Positions 61,833 through 64,000 of a stretch of 64,000 nucleotides of DNA are shown piece after piece. The notes below the pieces were generated by a model, which had not been told where the DNA came from, ran no database searches, and worked only from the letters and a program-made list of their open reading frames with translations. The position numbers and the translations under genes are program-made. Numbering within the stretch: the stretch's first letter is position 1; the number at the start of each line of letters is the position of its first letter. Origin of the DNA: Octopus sinensis (lineage: Eukaryota); the NCBI RefSeq assembly GCF_006345805.1, contig NC_043004.1:76012001-76076000 (forward strand), given 5' to 3'.

Positions 61833-62220
61833 CTATTTCTTTATCACCCACAAGGGGCTAAACATAGAGGGGACAAACAAGGACAGACAAACGGATTAAG
61901 TCGATTATATCGACCCCAGTGCGTAACTGGTTCTTAATTTATCGACCCAGAAAGGATGAAAGGCAAAGTCGACCTCAGCAGAATTTGAACTCAGAACGTA
62001 GCGGCAGATAAAATACCTATTTCTATTTCTTTACTACCCACAAGGGGCTAAACATAGAGAGGACAAACAAATGGATTAAGTCAATTATATCAACCCCAGT
62101 GTGTAACTGGTACTTAATTTATCGACCCCGTAAGGATGAAAGGCAAAGTCGACCTTGGCAGAATTTGAACTCAGAACGCAATGGCAGACGAAATACGGCT
62201 ATGCATTTCGCCCGGCATAA
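61833..62220 (-). mobile_element. Tandem copies of a tRNA-derived SINE (other copies ~3575-3920, 15930, 26768 on +, 44150, 47040, 53820, 55800, 56420, 56900)
   Basis: GTTCTGAGTTCAAATTCC B-box and a GCCTTTCATCCTTTCGGGGTCGATAAATTAAGTACC central block (reminiscent of MetaSINE-type cores; inference). Confidence 0.78.
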
Positions 62221-64000
62221 CCACTGTGCAACATGCCCTACCTAAATTATCATGGTAATCTTTCTCTAAAACCCATTTAACCCTTTAGCATTCAGGTTCT
62301 TCTCTCAAATGTGATGTTTATTCATTCACATTGTTTTAAATGAATCCTGGCATTATTTTGTAGTTCTGAGATTTCAGTGATGTGGTTGTATATCTTTGGA
62401 ATAACACTGCATGATAGGTGTGAGAGGCCAGTTCTAACTAGTTTGAACATAAAACAGGTCAGATAATATTTTGGCCAGATTTGGCTGGATTAAATGCTAA
62501 ATGTGAAATCCTTTTTAATGACCATCTTATGATCCAACAGTAAGCTAATGAAAAAATACCATAATGGTTTCCAATTTTGGCACAAGGCCAGCAATTTAGT
62601 TTGGTGGAGAGGGTTAGTTGATTACCTCAATCTCAGCTCAACTACTAACTTATTTTATCAGTTCTGAAAGCATGAAAGGTGAAGCTGACCCCAGTGGAAT
62701 TTGAACTCAGAATGTAAAGAGCTACCACTAAGCATTTTATCCAGCATGCTAATGATTCAGACAATACAATAAATAATAATGTTTTACTTCAAATCTTATC
62801 TGATTGATTATTGGGAGGAGAAAATGTATCAATTAATTGTTCTTCCACACTGAAGTGTCTTATGTGGTACTTCCACAGTGTATTATGTTGTATGGTACTT
62901 CCACAACATCCTACAGTATTGTCATACTAAATCCTGATTTGCTGTCATACTTCATAATAAACAGTAATACTATCCCACTGGTGCAGTGTTTCTCACACAG
63001 GGACCAAGCATCTCAGAGGATGGTGTAAGGTCTGTGAAGATTGAAAAGAGAGACAGGCAAATTGCTGTGTTTAATGGAATTCACATGGTTTTTAAACTTA
63101 ACACCATGACGGAGAAAGAAGAATTTCATCGATCCAAACTCTGTTCTGTGTCCTCATTATTAATTTACAGTTTAAGAACCATTAACCAGGAGTGAAATGT
63201 GGTCCTGACAGATTTTAGAGGGAACTAAGTCTACCTGCACCTGAAAGTGTTCACAGATGCTGCTTACGTAATGTCAGTCGTACTATTAATATACAACAAA
63301 CTGTAAGCAAACTTTTCTTCACTTATTTATTCTTTTAGTTCCTGCATTGCCATGTTTCACAAACCATACTTATATAATCGTAAAACACTGCCCAGAAGCT
63401 CTGATGAAGCACTGTTGCAATACTTTATAACATAGACATTAACCTCTTTGATACCAACTTGTCTAAGACCACTCCTGGTTCCATGAAACAAACTTCCTCT
63501 TTTAAAGTGCTTTAAATTAAAAGCTCTAATCTAGGTCATCTCATAGGACTCCCCCAAACCGTTTCCACACGTTTCCCCCACTCATCTAGATCTTCCGTGA
63601 TGGTCCTCAGCTCCTCTACCTCTTCCATACCAGTATCCTCCAGCAAGTTATTCAACAATAATTTCTACAAACACACACACATACATATATAGCACATAAC
63701 TATATAGAGACACATACAAGATACATGCATGCACACGCACACACACGGATGTGCGCTAATATGAAACAATAAGAATAAGTGTTCAACACAGTATTGGTAT
63801 ATAAATATTCTTCATTTGCTGGTTAACAAGGCAACCAGTGGTTTTTGGTAAAACGTTTCTTTACAATTGTTCAAGTGTACCACATGGGAATGTTGCTACT
63901 CATCTCCATTTTGGATGAGAATGCATGTGTATATACATGTGCATGTGTGTGTGTATGTGCATACACACACACAACTTTCCATCGCCAAGAGGTGAAGAGT

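Noticed and set aside
62837-63300. Candidate additional 5' exon of the receptor gene
   Set aside because: All three minus frames after the plausible acceptors hit stops quickly and there is no domain similarity.

Overview
AT-rich, repeat-dense animal genomic DNA. The SINE, MITE and microsatellite landscape looks like an octopod cephalopod (Octopus); this is inferred from repeat motifs, not from a search. Two convergent spliced genes are present, both with their 5' ends outside the window. (1) On the + strand, a 1-Cys peroxiredoxin (PRDX6; five coding exons, 602-7447). (2) On the - strand, a gene of at least 19 exons (61555 down to 15587; 6572 coding nt, about 2190 codons, every splice phase compatible). 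It encodes two pentraxin/LamG_3-like modules, then LamG-LamG-EGF-LamG-LamG-EGF-LamG colinear with alpha-neurexin LNS2-LNS6, a Pro/Gly stalk, one TM helix, a ~270-aa Gly/Ser/Asn/Tyr low-complexity region and a cytoplasmic WD40 propeller. A neurexin-type ectodomain with an intracellular WD40 domain is an architecture I do not recognise and is the main finding. The introns and intergenic DNA also hold several hammerhead-ribozyme folds in Penelope-like fragments (one fully canonical, sense to the pre-mRNA), a tRNA-headed hammerhead-bearing element, long fold-back repeats, Helitrons, piggyBac and mariner derivatives, CR1/RTE fragments and minisatellites. All exon boundaries and base pairings were traced by hand.
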